A DNA stretch of 27,668 bases from a virus. The notes below the pieces were generated by a model. It was not told the origin of the DNA and searched no databases. It saw only the letters and a program-made list of their open reading frames with translations. How positions within the stretch are numbered: position 1 is the first letter of the stretch; each line of letters starts with the position of its first letter. Shown here piece after piece: positions 1 through 9,694 of this stretch. Made by a program: the position numbers and the translations under genes. Where the stretch lies: the UHGV virus genome UHGV-0347332. One strand, written 5' to 3'.

Positions 1-3000
1 CAGGCATATCAATAACGCCACTGTAAATCAGCGTATTATCCAGCGCGGTACGGTTATAAATTTCAGCACCGTTTTTCCGCACTATCAGACGGCATGAGGA
101 GTAAATATCAGTATGCTCTCTCTCATGCTTAGCGCCACTGAATGCCACAGCCGGAATAACAATTTGCCGGTCAAACGGCTGATCGTCATAAACCCTGACG
201 GTAATGGTCCCTGATGGCCACCGCTCCGGTGCCCGGGAGTCACGGGGGAAAGCTTTGCCCACTGTTTTAACGAGATCGCCTTCAATCTGGTTCGCGGACA
301 GTTTTCCCAGAACCCGGCAGTTCTCGTTAATCGTGACGTTGTTGAGCGTCCCGGAGTTCGCATTCACGTTACCGCTGATATCGGCATTTTTCGCCGTCAG
401 CCGCCCGTCCGGTGTCAGGGAAAATGCCGGAGGATTACCGCCGCTGGTAATGGTGGGAGCCGTCAGATATTTCAGGAACACTTCATTCATAAATATCTGA
501 TCGCCCTGACCAACAAACATCGGCTTTGTGTTGCCATTCGCAGGATTAATCATCGCAATCCTGTCTGCCGCCAGCAGCACCTGACTCTGCATTCCTGCTG
601 GCGTATTCTCAATACCGGCACCGATACCCGCAATATAAAGGCGTCCGTCCTGCATCTGCTGCAGTTTCACGGCCCACATGCTGTTCAGGTTATTATTTGT
701 ATCAACCTGAACTTTCTGTATCTGCTGGATTGCCGCACTCTGATTTTCCAGTTTTTTATTGACGGTCTGCGTGATTTCATTGCTGACATTCGTAATGGAC
801 GTCCTGATTTCAGCCAGGTCCGGCGCAAGCTGACCGTTATCAATCTGCGTCCACAGCTCCTGGGCCAGATGTGTTTTCCCGATTTCTCCTTTGAAAAAAT
901 CCAGGTAACCTTCCGCATCATCGCTCGCCCGACCGACAGCCTCCACGAATGCCGATTTGCCAACAGTATTCACACTGCGGATATAAAAATAATAATCATG
1001 GCCCGGTTTGATATTGATACTGGCAGCTATCCAGTACAGCGCCGAGCCAAGATAGCGGGCTGCGGTTTCAACCTGCCTGATATCCGCAATCCGCTTTTCC
1101 GAGAACCAGAACTCAAACTGTACCGTCGGGTCATAAACGGCAAGATGTGGCGTTGCGGTTATCTGAAAATAGCCCGGCGTCAGCTCAATCCGCGACGGTG
1201 CTGCCGGTGCGGCAATCCGGAAGGTGGTGGTGGCAGGTTCACCCTGCTGGCCATAGCTGTTTATCGCCCGCACCGTCAGGGTGTATTCCCCGAGCGGCAG
1301 GCCGCTGAAACGGTGCTCCGTGTCTGCGGTGATGGCGGTGGTCACCAGTCTGGCATCCGTTCCCTTACCACTGGTCAGGCGCAGACTGAAGCGCACACCC
1401 TTCACCACCCGCGGCGTGTCCCATTTCGCCTGCGCCAGATACTGGCCGTCAGCTGCGCTCACCTCCACCGTCAGGTGCTGCACTGCCGGTGGGATGACGC
1501 TGTTCAGGGAACCTGACTGCGGCTCAAAGCGGGCACCGTTATCCACGATGGCTTCTTTTTCCGGTACGTGCTGCACCGCCGTGATGGCAAAGGTGCCGTC
1601 CGTGTTTTCCCGGATGGAGACACAGCGGAACAGGCGACGGCGCAGTGACGGCAGGGAGAGTCCCCACACCCCGTATGTCTCCACACCATCAGGCAGGGTA
1701 CTGACCTGTATCCGGTCCGGCGCGGGGTGTGCGGTGATGTCCACACTCACCGGCTTACCGCTGCCGTTAATCAGGTTCACCGCCGATGTACCTGTCTCCG
1801 GCAGGGTAACCTCACGGTCCAGCGTCAGGGTGCGGGTGGCAGCATCAATGGACAGGACACGTCCGCCGGTCAGGGTCCCGGCATAGTCATTATCACAGAT
1901 TTCAATAATGTCACCGGGTGTGTGCCGCAGCCCCTGAGACCCGAGCGTGAAATCCACCGTCTGCGTTTCCAGCAGTTCGGTCTTTATCACCCACAGTCCG
2001 GCACGGTGGGCCTGACCGCGGCTGGTACAGCCGAACGCGTCCATCTTCAGCAGGTTGCGTCCGTAGCGCAGTATGGCTTCCGGGTCTTCCACCAGTTCCG
2101 TGGAGGTCTGCCAGCCGTTCTGCGGGTCGGTGTAATTCACCTCCACCGCCGTGTGCCGGTCCTTCAGGGCACTGAAGCTGTAGCGGAATCCCACGCCGTT
2201 ATCATCCACCACCACATCGCTGTTGGTGTACGGCCACACCACATCCGACGGGCGGTCCTGAACGAACGTCAGCGTCTGACCGTTCCATACCGGCATACAG
2301 CGCATCGCAGAGCAGAAATCACTGAGAACGTCCCACGCCTTACGCTGTTGTGCCAGGTACGCATTAAAGGTCATCCGCGGCTCGGTCCCCCCGAAACCAT
2401 CCGGGACCGTCTGGTCGCAGTACTGCCCGATGGCATACAGCGCCCACTTGTCCACATCCGCCGCCCCCAGACGTTTTCCCATGCCGTAGCGCGGGTGAGT
2501 CAGCATGTCCCACAGACACCAGGCCGGGTTGTTGCTGTATGCCGGTTTCAGACTGCCGTCCCAGATACCACTATACGTGCGTTTTTCCGGGTCATAGTTT
2601 GACGGCACCTGGATGATGCGACCGCGGATATGGTAGTTCACCGTCATCTGCTGGCCGCCGAACTGCTCCGCATCCACCTGCAGCCCCACAATGGCCGTGT
2701 TCGGGTAGCACTGTTTCACATCGATGATTTCGGTGTATGACGACCACAGCGTCTTATTCTGCAGCTGGTCCGTGGTGCTGTCCGCCGTCTCCCTGACCAT
2801 CCGGATGTTAAAGGGCCGGGGAGGCAGATTATCCAGAATCACCGAGGCCAGGAACTGTGAGGTGGTCTTGCCGTTAATGGTGACGTCCTTTTCTGTCACC
2901 CAGTTACCGTTACGCTGTAACTGAATCAGCAGGCGGACGGATGCCGGGTTACGGTCACCCTTTGAGGTGGTCTCCACCAGTGACTGCACCCCGAAGGTAA

Positions 3001-3340
3001 CCCGCAGGCGGTCAATGTTCGCGGACGTAATGGTGCGCGTCACCGGTTTTGCCTTCGTCACTTCCACGCCCAGTCCGGTTTCAGCTCCGGAGGACTCAAA
3101 GCCTTCCGGTGGTGTCTGCTCCTGCTCCCCGGCGCGCCAGACCGCCGTCACACCGTGTATCACGGGATTGCCGTCCGTGTCCGTCAGTGGGGTTTTGTTC
3201 ACCAGAATACTCTGCAGTCCCTTCACCGGACCTTCTATCGGTCCCTCACCAATCGCATCAATCACGCTCATCATCTGCGTGGATTTGAGATTATCCTTCG
3301 CCTCACGAGGCGTGTGTGCCTTACCGCCACCTTTTCCCAT
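1..3340 (-). CDS. J: Tail tip / host-specificity protein J, partial (3' end lies beyond the left window edge)
   Basis: ATG at 3340 with GGGGAAGG Shine-Dalgarno; N-terminus [39 protein letters not shown] matches lambda J; same frame is still open at position 1 (…[24 protein letters not shown] resembles the lambda J C-terminal region). Absent from the ORF track only because no stop codon falls inside the window. Confidence 0.9.
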   Translation of the reverse strand, partial: MGKGGGKAHTPREAKDNLKSTQMMSVIDAIGEGPIEGPVKGLQSILVNKTPLTDTDGNPVIHGVTAVWRAGEQEQTPPEGFESSGAETGLGVEVTKAKPVTRTITSANIDRLRVTFGVQSLVETTSKGDRNPASVRLLIQLQRNGNWVTEKDVTINGKTTSQFLASVILDNLPPRPFNIRMVRETADSTTDQLQNKTLWSSYTEIIDVKQCYPNTAIVGLQVDAEQFGGQQMTVNYHIRGRIIQVPSNYDPEKRTYSGIWDGSLKPAYSNNPAWCLWDMLTHPRYGMGKRLGAADVDKWALYAIGQYCDQTVPDGFGGTEPRMTFNAYLAQQRKAWDVLSDFCSAMRCMPVWNGQTLTFVQDRPSDVVWPYTNSDVVVDDNGVGFRYSFSALKDRHTAVEVNYTDPQNGWQTSTELVEDPEAILRYGRNLLKMDAFGCTSRGQAHRAGLWVIKTELLETQTVDFTLGSQGLRHTPGDIIEICDNDYAGTLTGGRVLSIDAATRTLTLDREVTLPETGTSAVNLINGSGKPVSVDITAHPAPDRIQVSTLPDGVETYGVWGLSLPSLRRRLFRCVSIRENTDGTFAITAVQHVPEKEAIVDNGARFEPQSGSLNSVIPPAVQHLTVEVSAADGQYLAQAKWDTPRVVKGVRFSLRLTSGKGTDARLVTTAITADTEHRFSGLPLGEYTLTVRAINSYGQQGEPATTTFRIAAPAAPSRIELTPGYFQITATPHLAVYDPTVQFEFWFSEKRIADIRQVETAARYLGSALYWIAASINIKPGHDYYFYIRSVNTVGKSAFVEAVGRASDDAEGYLDFFKGEIGKTHLAQELWTQIDNGQLAPDLAEIRTSITNVSNEITQTVNKKLENQSAAIQQIQKVQVDTNNNLNSMWAVKLQQMQDGRLYIAGIGAGIENTPAGMQSQVLLAADRIAMINPANGNTKPMFVGQGDQIFMNEVFLKYLTAPTITSGGNPPAFSLTPDGRLTAKNADISGNVNANSGTLNNVTINENCRVLGKLSANQIEGDLVKTVGKAFPRDSRAPERWPSGTITVRVYDDQPFDRQIVIPAVAFSGAKHEREHTDIYSSCRLIVRKNGAEIYNRTALDNTLIYSGVIDMP

Positions 3341-3446
3341 ACAGCCTTCCCCTGAATAAATTAACCGCCACTTGCCATTCCGTACAGAAGTCGGATATCC
3401 TTCGCCCGAAAAGCATGAAACACATTTCTGCCATGCTAAAGAGAAA

Positions 3447-3479
3447 CCCCGGTATCAGCAGATACCGGGGTTTTCTTTC
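3447..3479 (+). terminator. Intrinsic-terminator-like hairpin (10-bp stem CCCCGGTATC/GATACCGGGG, loop AGCA) followed by TTTTCTTTC
   Basis: Seen directly in sequence; U-tract is on the plus strand only. Confidence 0.45.
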
Positions 3480-3545
3480 ATGCCCACCGATAATCCTGTT
3501 GGTTAAAACCGGTAATGGCATAAAAATTCTGAATATCTTCACATT

Positions 3546-3573
3546 TTCACACACTGACTGTGGCGCTTATAAT
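3546..3573 (+). promoter_or_regulatory. Sigma70-like promoter: -35 TTCACA, 16-bp spacer, -10 TATAAT
   Basis: Consensus -10 hexamer with reasonable -35 and spacing, in AT-rich I-J intergenic insert. Confidence 0.35.
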
Positions 3574-3579
3574 TTCGCT

Positions 3580-3677
3580 GCGTTAGTGTTTTTTTGCCCG
3601 AGTAACAAAAACAACTCCTTAACATTGATCTTCATTTGTCTGTCCCCGCAGCTCCGCGATCACTGCGGGATTTTTTT
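3580..3677 (+). ncRNA. Candidate ~100-nt small RNA (promoter-to-terminator unit, antisense orientation to the tail operon)
   Basis: Promoter at 3546-3573 and intrinsic terminator at 3645-3677 bracket ~100 nt with no credible ORF. Inference only. Confidence 0.3.
3645..3677 (+). terminator. Rho-independent terminator (7-bp stem CCCGCAG/CTGCGGG followed by 7 T)
   Basis: Perfect GC-rich stem followed by TTTTTTT on the plus strand; the minus-strand orientation has no U-tract. Confidence 0.5.
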
Positions 3678-3682
3678 ATGTT

Positions 3683-4363
3683 TTATCCCTGTCGCCCGAT
3701 AACCACGACCGTTCCGCCCCCGCCTTCATCACGGGTGCTGATGTCCTGGGATATACGGCGGGAGCCAACCAGCATTTCCCCGTAAGGCACCGGCATCGGG
3801 TTCCCCTGGGCAATCATGTTATCCAGCGAGGAAAAGTACGTGTTCTGTCTGCCGTTATCCGTTGCGCGGTAATCCGGTGTTTTTGCCTTCGGGGCCAGCA
3901 TCTGGGCCACACCGCCCAGAATCATGCTGGCTCCAAGTGAAAACAGCATCGTGGTGGCAGAAAAACCACCGGCTGCCAGGGCTGAACCCCATAACGCCAT
4001 TGATGCCCCGGCAGTGAAGAAAGAGCCCACGATGGCTGCCGCCCCCAGCACAATCTGCAGTCCACCCTTTCCGGCCCCGGCCAGTCGCGGCACAATATGG
4101 ATGACCGTTCCCTCACCCAGCTGTTCGTGAAGACGGGCGTACACCGCCTCCGGTGCCGTGTCATAACCGGCAATACGTATCTGGTACCAGCCTTCGTTCA
4201 TCTGACGGCGAAAGCCCGGCACCTGTAACGACAGCGCCCGGATGGCTTCCGCTGCCGTGTTCACATACAGGCTGAGGCGGCGGCCAAATCGTTGTAAATC
4301 CCCGTGAAGGCAGATGCGTGCCAGTGGCGGTGACGCCAGACAGAATGCGTTCGTCGTTGCCAT
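3683..4363 (-). CDS. I: Tail tip assembly protein I
   Basis: N-terminus MATTNAFCLASPPLARICLHGDLQRFGRR and the rest of the 226-aa ORF are collinear with lambda I. Confidence 0.9.
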   Translation of the reverse strand: MATTNAFCLASPPLARICLHGDLQRFGRRLSLYVNTAAEAIRALSLQVPGFRRQMNEGWYQIRIAGYDTAPEAVYARLHEQLGEGTVIHIVPRLAGAGKGGLQIVLGAAAIVGSFFTAGASMALWGSALAAGGFSATTMLFSLGASMILGGVAQMLAPKAKTPDYRATDNGRQNTYFSSLDNMIAQGNPMPVPYGEMLVGSRRISQDISTRDEGGGGTVVVIGRQG

Positions 4364-4677
4364 TTTTCGGAATACCTCTCCCGTTTACTCAGTTGTTCAG
4401 GCAGATGGTGAAGCAGCTCACCGTTGCCGCAGTAAATGGCGGCATGGTTCGGTACCGAAGCACCAAAGCAGCACAGCAGAATATCGCCCGCCTGTGCAGA
4501 GGACAGGGGCACCCGGTAAAAGCCGGTGACCGCCATATTGTCCAGGTAAAGGTTCTGACCGTTGCGCCACCAGTCATCCTCGCGATGAAAATCCGGCATT
4601 TCAGTCCCCGCCAGATGATAAGCATCCCGGAACAGCGTGTAACAGTCCGTCGGCAATTTTGGCGGTTTCCTTTCCAT
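4261..4677 (-). pseudogene. K: Tail tip assembly protein K remnant: NlpC/P60-like C-terminal part only (TDCYTLFRDAYH…), N-terminal JAB/MPN domain absent
   Basis: ORF matches lambda K only from about TDCYTLF onward; the first 9 residues (MERKPPKLP) are antisense of an L 3' fragment; no Shine-Dalgarno upstream. Confidence 0.6.
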
Positions 4678-5377
4678 TAATAAACTTTCGCAGTAAATCC
4701 CGGTTTATGACACAGACTGAATCAGCGATTCTGGCGCATGCCCGGCGGTGTGCGCCTGCGGAGTCGTGCGGCTTCCGGATATCCGTGGTGGGGTTGTCGA
4801 ACTCATCCGCCACCGCAGGACCGTTATACCCGCATTCATCTCCCCGGTAATCCCACATACAGGTGTTCGCCAGCATGATGCGACCGGGAAACAGCGCCCC
4901 ATCCGTCTCGGTCGGTGTAGCCAGCACAAACGAGGCCGTCATGGCTGTCAGCTGCGACATCTGCTCCACCACCCAGCGGTCACTCAGCTCCTGCTCCGGG
5001 TCCGCCTCCGGATTGCCCGCAACGAAATTCACCGCATCCAGAAAACGGGCATACACCCGGCGGCGGACCACCGTGGCCCCCACCAGACTCTGCAGGTCTT
5101 CCGCCATCCCGGTGACCAGACCGAACAGATTGGACACCGTCAGCGACGGTCTGGCACTGCTGCCCTTCCCGCTCATCTCAAAACCGCTGCCGTCAATCGG
5201 GTATGCCTGATATTGCCGCCCCTGCCAGGTGACCGGCTCCCCTTTTTCATTCAGCTCATTACAGAAAAAATACCGCTCACCGCCCTGTACCGTCAGGTCG
5301 ATTTCCCAGAGTACCACCCGCGGTGACTGCTCTGACTTAACCGACTCGTTCAGACTTTCTTCGCGAATATCCTGCAT
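4601..5377 (-). CDS. L: Minor tail protein L, C-terminus altered (homology ends near 4778; ORF then reads antisense through the inverted K 5' fragment)
   Basis: MQDIREESLNE… and the CMWDYRGDECGY motif match lambda L through …DNPTTDI; the following 59 residues lack the expected Cys-rich tail. Confidence 0.7.
   Translation of the reverse strand: MQDIREESLNESVKSEQSPRVVLWEIDLTVQGGERYFFCNELNEKGEPVTWQGRQYQAYPIDGSGFEMSGKGSSARPSLTVSNLFGLVTGMAEDLQSLVGATVVRRRVYARFLDAVNFVAGNPEADPEQELSDRWVVEQMSQLTAMTASFVLATPTETDGALFPGRIMLANTCMWDYRGDECGYNGPAVADEFDNPTTDIRKPHDSAGAHRRACARIADSVCVINRDLLRKFINGKETAKIADGLLHAVPGCLSSGGD
4649..4777 (+). pseudogene. Inverted segment carrying the L 3' end (…VGNFGGFLSINKLSQ, stop at 4694-4696), a 10-nt spacer and the K 5' end (MTQTESAILAHARRCAPAESCGF, 4707-4775) on the opposite strand
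   Basis: Plus-strand translation gives the lambda L C-terminal motif and the lambda K N-terminus in their native order and spacing, but inverted relative to the flanking minus-strand L and K bodies. Confidence 0.6.
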
Positions 5378-5718
5378 CAGTTCACCACCTGCTCAATCGT
5401 ACAACTGAAATCACTGTGCCTGGCGTTATCTGTGACGCTCCACTCCCGGCACACCACCCTCACCGTCAGGTTATGTTTCGGCGGTCGCCACAAAAAGGCA
5501 CGGTAACCACCATGCCACGATAAAAATTCATCCAGCCAGCGCCGGGTTGGTTCATCCGTCACCCGGAACACCGCCTGAAACGTCTTCAGTCTGGCATTAA
5601 GTCCCGTCGGTCGGCGCTGTTCATAACCGTCACCAAACCGAACCCTCACCACCGACGGTTTCTCACTCACCTGCATCCCTTCACGCGGGACCAGATGCAG
5701 CGTTTTTATCTCAGCCAC
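5377..5718 (-). CDS. M: Minor tail protein M
   Basis: 113 aa with …VRFGDGYEQRRPTGLNARLKT… and …EQVVN end, matching lambda M; correct position between tape measure and L. Confidence 0.8.
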   Translation of the reverse strand: MAEIKTLHLVPREGMQVSEKPSVVRVRFGDGYEQRRPTGLNARLKTFQAVFRVTDEPTRRWLDEFLSWHGGYRAFLWRPPKHNLTVRVVCREWSVTDNARHSDFSCTIEQVVN

Positions 5719-8700
5719 TCAGCATTCCTCCGTCACGTCGCATGGACAGCATCACCGCCTGCACCCGCTGGTCAATCAGCTGCACAAGACTGCCTGCCGC
5801 CTCCGCCCCTATCTGTCCGTTAGCCCCGTCATTCTGAATGGCGATGTGGTAGACCGGGGAATACACCAGACCGGCACTGCCGTTCATACTGCCCACCGCG
5901 CGTACGCCCAGCGAGCCATCCGCCGCCCGGGTCAGGGGCATAATGGCTTCAGGTCCGGCTTCCCCCATCAGCCCGGCCCCTTTTGCAAACGCAAAGTACG
6001 TGGGCGTGTCCACAATGCTGTTGCTGTACGCACTCAGGTTTGCCGAGGTATACACGCCGCCTTTTGCATTGGCCACCGCACCGCCCAGCCAGTCACCAAT
6101 GCTGCCAATAAATCCTCCCGCACCGGACATACCGTTTGCCGCCGTCTTAATTCCGTTGACAATCGCAGCATTCATAAGAACTTTTGAGATTTCCTGCAGT
6201 ACGGATGAGGCCCAGTTGCGCCATTCCACTTTGTTTCCGTTCAGCATCTCCGTGATGTTATTCACCATCCCTGAGATACCCTCCGTCGCAAGCTGTGCTG
6301 CCTGTGAGGCGTAATCGGATGCATTGTCCACCCAGTTACTGAGCCCCTCCTGCAAGCCTTTCTGCCAGTCCGCACGCTGCGCATCCGATTCGGCATAAAA
6401 GGCTGCCTGGTCCTTAAGGCGTTCGCTCAGATACTGCGCGTTCTGTGCCCGTGCCTGTCTGTAAAAATCCTCACTGATATCCCCGGTCTGATACTGAGAC
6501 TGAAGGTCCGCATCCTTCTGGCGGAAGCTGTCACGGATCTGCTGCAACTCCCGCATGCGTTCCCTGGCTCGTTCTCCCTGCCCGTATCCCAGCAGTTCGG
6601 CTTCATTTGATGCACGCGCAGCCACATTATCATTCTTCAGGGTCTCTTCCCGGGATCGCAACTGTTCCCGGATTTTTTGCTGGTCAATCAGGGCCGCGTT
6701 ACGCAGCAGTTCCTGCTTCTGCATCTCCGTCAGGGTTTTCAGTTCGCCCTGCGCAGTCTGGTACTTCAGCTTCGCCAGCTCTGTATTCTGACCCGCCAGT
6801 GCCAGTTGCTCTTTCTGCTGCTTCAGTAGCCGGGAAAAACTGTCTTCCGCTTTTTCCGTCTCTGATTTTCCACCCCGGGATTTAGGTTTGTTCGCCTCGT
6901 TATTACGCCAGGCTTCCAGAGCATTACTGATATAACGCTGTCTCGCCTCCTGATACGAATCCCCCACAAAACCAAGGTCATCCGCCGCATACCCCAGCCG
7001 GGCACGCTCTTTTTCCTCCCCCTTCAGTCGGGACAGGGCCAGCTCACGTTCTGTTTTTGTCAGGGCGCTCTGCTGTTTATCATCCAGGGTGGCCTGCGGC
7101 AGCCGTAACGGTACATTCACCAGTCCCTGACGCTGCTGAAGCAGTTCATTCCCCAGCCCCAGCAGACGGTTGAATTCCGTATGCTGACCGTTCATAACCA
7201 GCATGGACTGGTACACCTTATTCTGCTCTGCCGCCTGCTGACGAATTAACGCCACACGACGGTCTTCCAGCCCGGCAAGCACATCCTGAATGGACTGCGC
7301 TTTTTCCTGCATCTGTGCCAGACGGGACTGCTCAACGGCAAGCTGCTCTGTTGCCTGAGAAAGCCCTTCCGTCACGGTCTTCACCGATGTCAGATGGTTT
7401 ATCATGAATCCGTCACCGGTTGTCCAGCCAGGGTTAGCCAGAACATACTGATATCCAGCGATTTTTTCCTGCAGGGATTTCACCCGGCTGGCCTGTTCAT
7501 CAATCAGCCGGTTCTGCTCTGCCAGCGCCGCCCGTGTTCGTCCTTCATTATCTGAGGCTTCAGGCAAAGACATTGACGGCGTTTTATGCGCGATTTCATC
7601 TATCGTCAGTGCATACTGGCGCGCTGACTCCCTGGCCTGCTCCTGATTCTGGTACAGCGTATACCATGCTGCTGCCCCCAGCATCACCAGTCCGGGTACG
7701 CCACCAACCAGTCCCAACGCACCAGTCATCAGACGTGAGCCCACCGCCGTTGTACTGTTCAGCTCATTCTGGGCTGCGGTTCTGGCAGCAATATTTCTGT
7801 TCAGGCGTTCCTGTGTGGCCGCCAGACGGGCTTCTGCAGCAATCTGCATCTCCGTCCCGCGGGCTGCCGCCACAGCCTGCTGTGCACGGTACACGGCTGC
7901 CCTTGCCCGCGCCGTGGCAATCTGCGTCCCCCTGAGCTGTGCTTCCGCCAGTGCCACTTCATTACGTGCTGCCGTCACAAGTCCTGCCGTGGCAGACACC
8001 GCTCCGGAGGCCATATTGCCAAAGTACCGGGCAACCCCGACGGCAACCAGCGCCCCCGCGGCTGTTGCCACATTATCAATATTACCGGCAACACCGTTCA
8101 GCACGCCGGAGAGCGTTTTCGTCGCTCCGCTGGCTTCATTCGCGCCACCCACCCAGGCCATAAAGGCGTTTTCCACCTTTGTGATCCCGTCAGAGACCGT
8201 TTCCGGCATGGCGGCATATTCATCACGCAATACCCCCAGCTGGCTGATTAACGCAGGAACGACTTTATCCGCCGTCAGTTTGCCGTCGTCCGCCATCGCC
8301 TTAAGGTCTTTACGGGCCACGCCCATACCCGCAGCCAGTGCACGTACGATCCGGTCTCCGCTTTCATTGACCGAATTAAATTCCTCACCGCGTAACACAC
8401 CCTGTGCCAGCGCCTGGCTGAACTGGGTGATCACCGAGCCCGCCTCTGCCGTACTGGCACCGGAGATTTTCAGCCCCGTGGAAATGGCCTCCGTCACCTT
8501 CAGCACATCATCAGCACTGTAACCATATTCACGCATTGAGGCTGCCGAGCGGGCAAACAGGGCCGCATTATCTGAAAATGCCGTGCCCGTCCGCTGGCTG
8601 ATATCCATCAGCACTTTCTGTGATGACGAAAATTCATCGGATGACTGCGACGCCTGTTTCAGTCGGGCATTCACGGAACTCCATTCATCGGCCAGAGAAA

Positions 8701-8953
8701 TCAGGTGTCCGGTGGCAAAGGCACCTGCAAATGCCCCCGCCGTTCCGGCAGCTGAAGCGCGGATTTCCGTCAACTGGCTGTTCAGCTCAGCCAGGGCGCG
8801 TCGCTGCACCCGGGCGACTGCGGCAGCCTGACGCCCGCCATTCTGCAGGGTCCGGTAATATTCACTGCCCATGCGGGAAGCCCGCTGGATCTCCGACTGG
8901 AATGACTGCGAATTTGCCGAAATTTTGATAATCAGTTCACGTAACGTCGCCAT
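5711..8953 (-). CDS. H: Tail tape measure protein
   Basis: 1080 aa, Ala/Gln-rich coiled-coil middle, Gly-rich C-terminus resembling lambda H; position after G/T. Confidence 0.9.
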   Translation of the reverse strand: MATLRELIIKISANSQSFQSEIQRASRMGSEYYRTLQNGGRQAAAVARVQRRALAELNSQLTEIRASAAGTAGAFAGAFATGHLISLADEWSSVNARLKQASQSSDEFSSSQKVLMDISQRTGTAFSDNAALFARSAASMREYGYSADDVLKVTEAISTGLKISGASTAEAGSVITQFSQALAQGVLRGEEFNSVNESGDRIVRALAAGMGVARKDLKAMADDGKLTADKVVPALISQLGVLRDEYAAMPETVSDGITKVENAFMAWVGGANEASGATKTLSGVLNGVAGNIDNVATAAGALVAVGVARYFGNMASGAVSATAGLVTAARNEVALAEAQLRGTQIATARARAAVYRAQQAVAAARGTEMQIAAEARLAATQERLNRNIAARTAAQNELNSTTAVGSRLMTGALGLVGGVPGLVMLGAAAWYTLYQNQEQARESARQYALTIDEIAHKTPSMSLPEASDNEGRTRAALAEQNRLIDEQASRVKSLQEKIAGYQYVLANPGWTTGDGFMINHLTSVKTVTEGLSQATEQLAVEQSRLAQMQEKAQSIQDVLAGLEDRRVALIRQQAAEQNKVYQSMLVMNGQHTEFNRLLGLGNELLQQRQGLVNVPLRLPQATLDDKQQSALTKTERELALSRLKGEEKERARLGYAADDLGFVGDSYQEARQRYISNALEAWRNNEANKPKSRGGKSETEKAEDSFSRLLKQQKEQLALAGQNTELAKLKYQTAQGELKTLTEMQKQELLRNAALIDQQKIREQLRSREETLKNDNVAARASNEAELLGYGQGERARERMRELQQIRDSFRQKDADLQSQYQTGDISEDFYRQARAQNAQYLSERLKDQAAFYAESDAQRADWQKGLQEGLSNWVDNASDYASQAAQLATEGISGMVNNITEMLNGNKVEWRNWASSVLQEISKVLMNAAIVNGIKTAANGMSGAGGFIGSIGDWLGGAVANAKGGVYTSANLSAYSNSIVDTPTYFAFAKGAGLMGEAGPEAIMPLTRAADGSLGVRAVGSMNGSAGLVYSPVYHIAIQNDGANGQIGAEAAGSLVQLIDQRVQAVMLSMRRDGGMLSG

Positions 8954-8971
8954 TCACCTTTCTCCGGGCGT

Positions 8972-8992
8972 AAAAAAACCGCCTCAGCGGTT
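8972..8992 (-). terminator. Terminator-like hairpin plus T-run between T and the tape measure gene
   Basis: ACCGC(TGAG)GCGGT hairpin followed by TTTTTTT on the minus strand. Confidence 0.3.
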
Positions 8993-9000
8993 CTCATCAT

Positions 9001-9680
9001 TCATGACTGTGCTGCGAAGCTCAGCGCGTCTTCCAGCGCCGCAAACGGATCCACCTCCGGCTTATCCTCATCCTCGCCCCAGCAGAGCATGGCGTCCTTC
9101 AGTGCAACATTCATCCCCTGTGCCCCAAAAACCGCTTTCACGATCTGTGCATTACGGATATCCCCGCGCTCATCACCCAGCGGGGATACCCTGTCGAACT
9201 CCATCCACATCATCGCCTCGCTCACACTCAGGCTGTGCCGCAGTTCGGATAAGGTGCGCCCCAGACGGAGCGCAAGTCGCATCAGAAAGCGAATTTCCGG
9301 GCGGGCTACTTTTTTCTGGCCGACTCTGCATCAGCGATCAGTTCCAGTGCCTGACGCAGCAACCGGGCATGTACCGGACCATAGACGGCCAGCACCTGCT
9401 CACGGTCGTCCGGAGCGAACACCCGCTGCAGATCCGTATCACACAGGACATCGCAGAACAGCGTCACATCCGCTTCTAGGTTACGGCGGGTTTTCGCCAC
9501 CACCGACAGGGTATCGTCATCCTCTCCATCACCATTGAGCACTTCCTGCCACAGATACCAGGCCTCTGCCGAAGGCTCCCGCAGCACCACGCTGACATTA
9601 CCCCATTCCGGCACCTTCACCGTTTTATGACGAAACCCTGACAGTCTGGCCAGCGCCAGCGTTTTCAGATCCTTTTTCAT
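9001..9680 (-). CDS. Tail assembly chaperone G-T fusion (product of -1 programmed ribosomal frameshift)
   Basis: The T-like ORF (9001-9282, MRLALRLGRTLSEL…) is in the -1 frame relative to G and is open across the junction; slippery heptamer sits just before the G stop. Confidence 0.65.
9306..9680 (-). CDS. Tail assembly chaperone (G-like), likely start MKKDLK… at 9680
   Basis: Internal ATG at 9680 has a Shine-Dalgarno and avoids overlap with V; ORF ends …ESARKK at the slippery site. Confidence 0.8.
   Translation of the reverse strand: MKKDLKTLALARLSGFRHKTVKVPEWGNVSVVLREPSAEAWYLWQEVLNGDGEDDDTLSVVAKTRRNLEADVTLFCDVLCDTDLQRVFAPDDREQVLAVYGPVHARLLRQALELIADAESARKK
9309..9315 (-). promoter_or_regulatory. 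Frameshift slippery heptamer A_AAA_AAG
   Basis: Minus strand reads GCC AGA AAA AAG TAG; -1 slip continues in the T frame (…KKVARPEIRFLMRLAL…). Confidence 0.65.
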
Positions 9681-9694
9681 GATGACCCATCCCC

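Noticed and set aside
1727-2602. Long plus-strand ORFs across the structural region (also 869-1516, 7815-8522, 12002-12700, 14919-15812, 4748-5326)
   Set aside because: They lie antisense to well-supported minus-strand genes (J, tape measure, portal, capsid, L), are Arg/His/Pro-rich as expected for reverse frames of GC-rich genes, and lack ribosome-binding sites.
3316-3702. Plus-strand 128-aa ORF and minus-strand 77-aa ORF (3321-3554) in the I-J gap
   Set aside because: Both run through terminator hairpins and overlap the J start or I end; the region is better explained as regulatory or small-RNA sequence.
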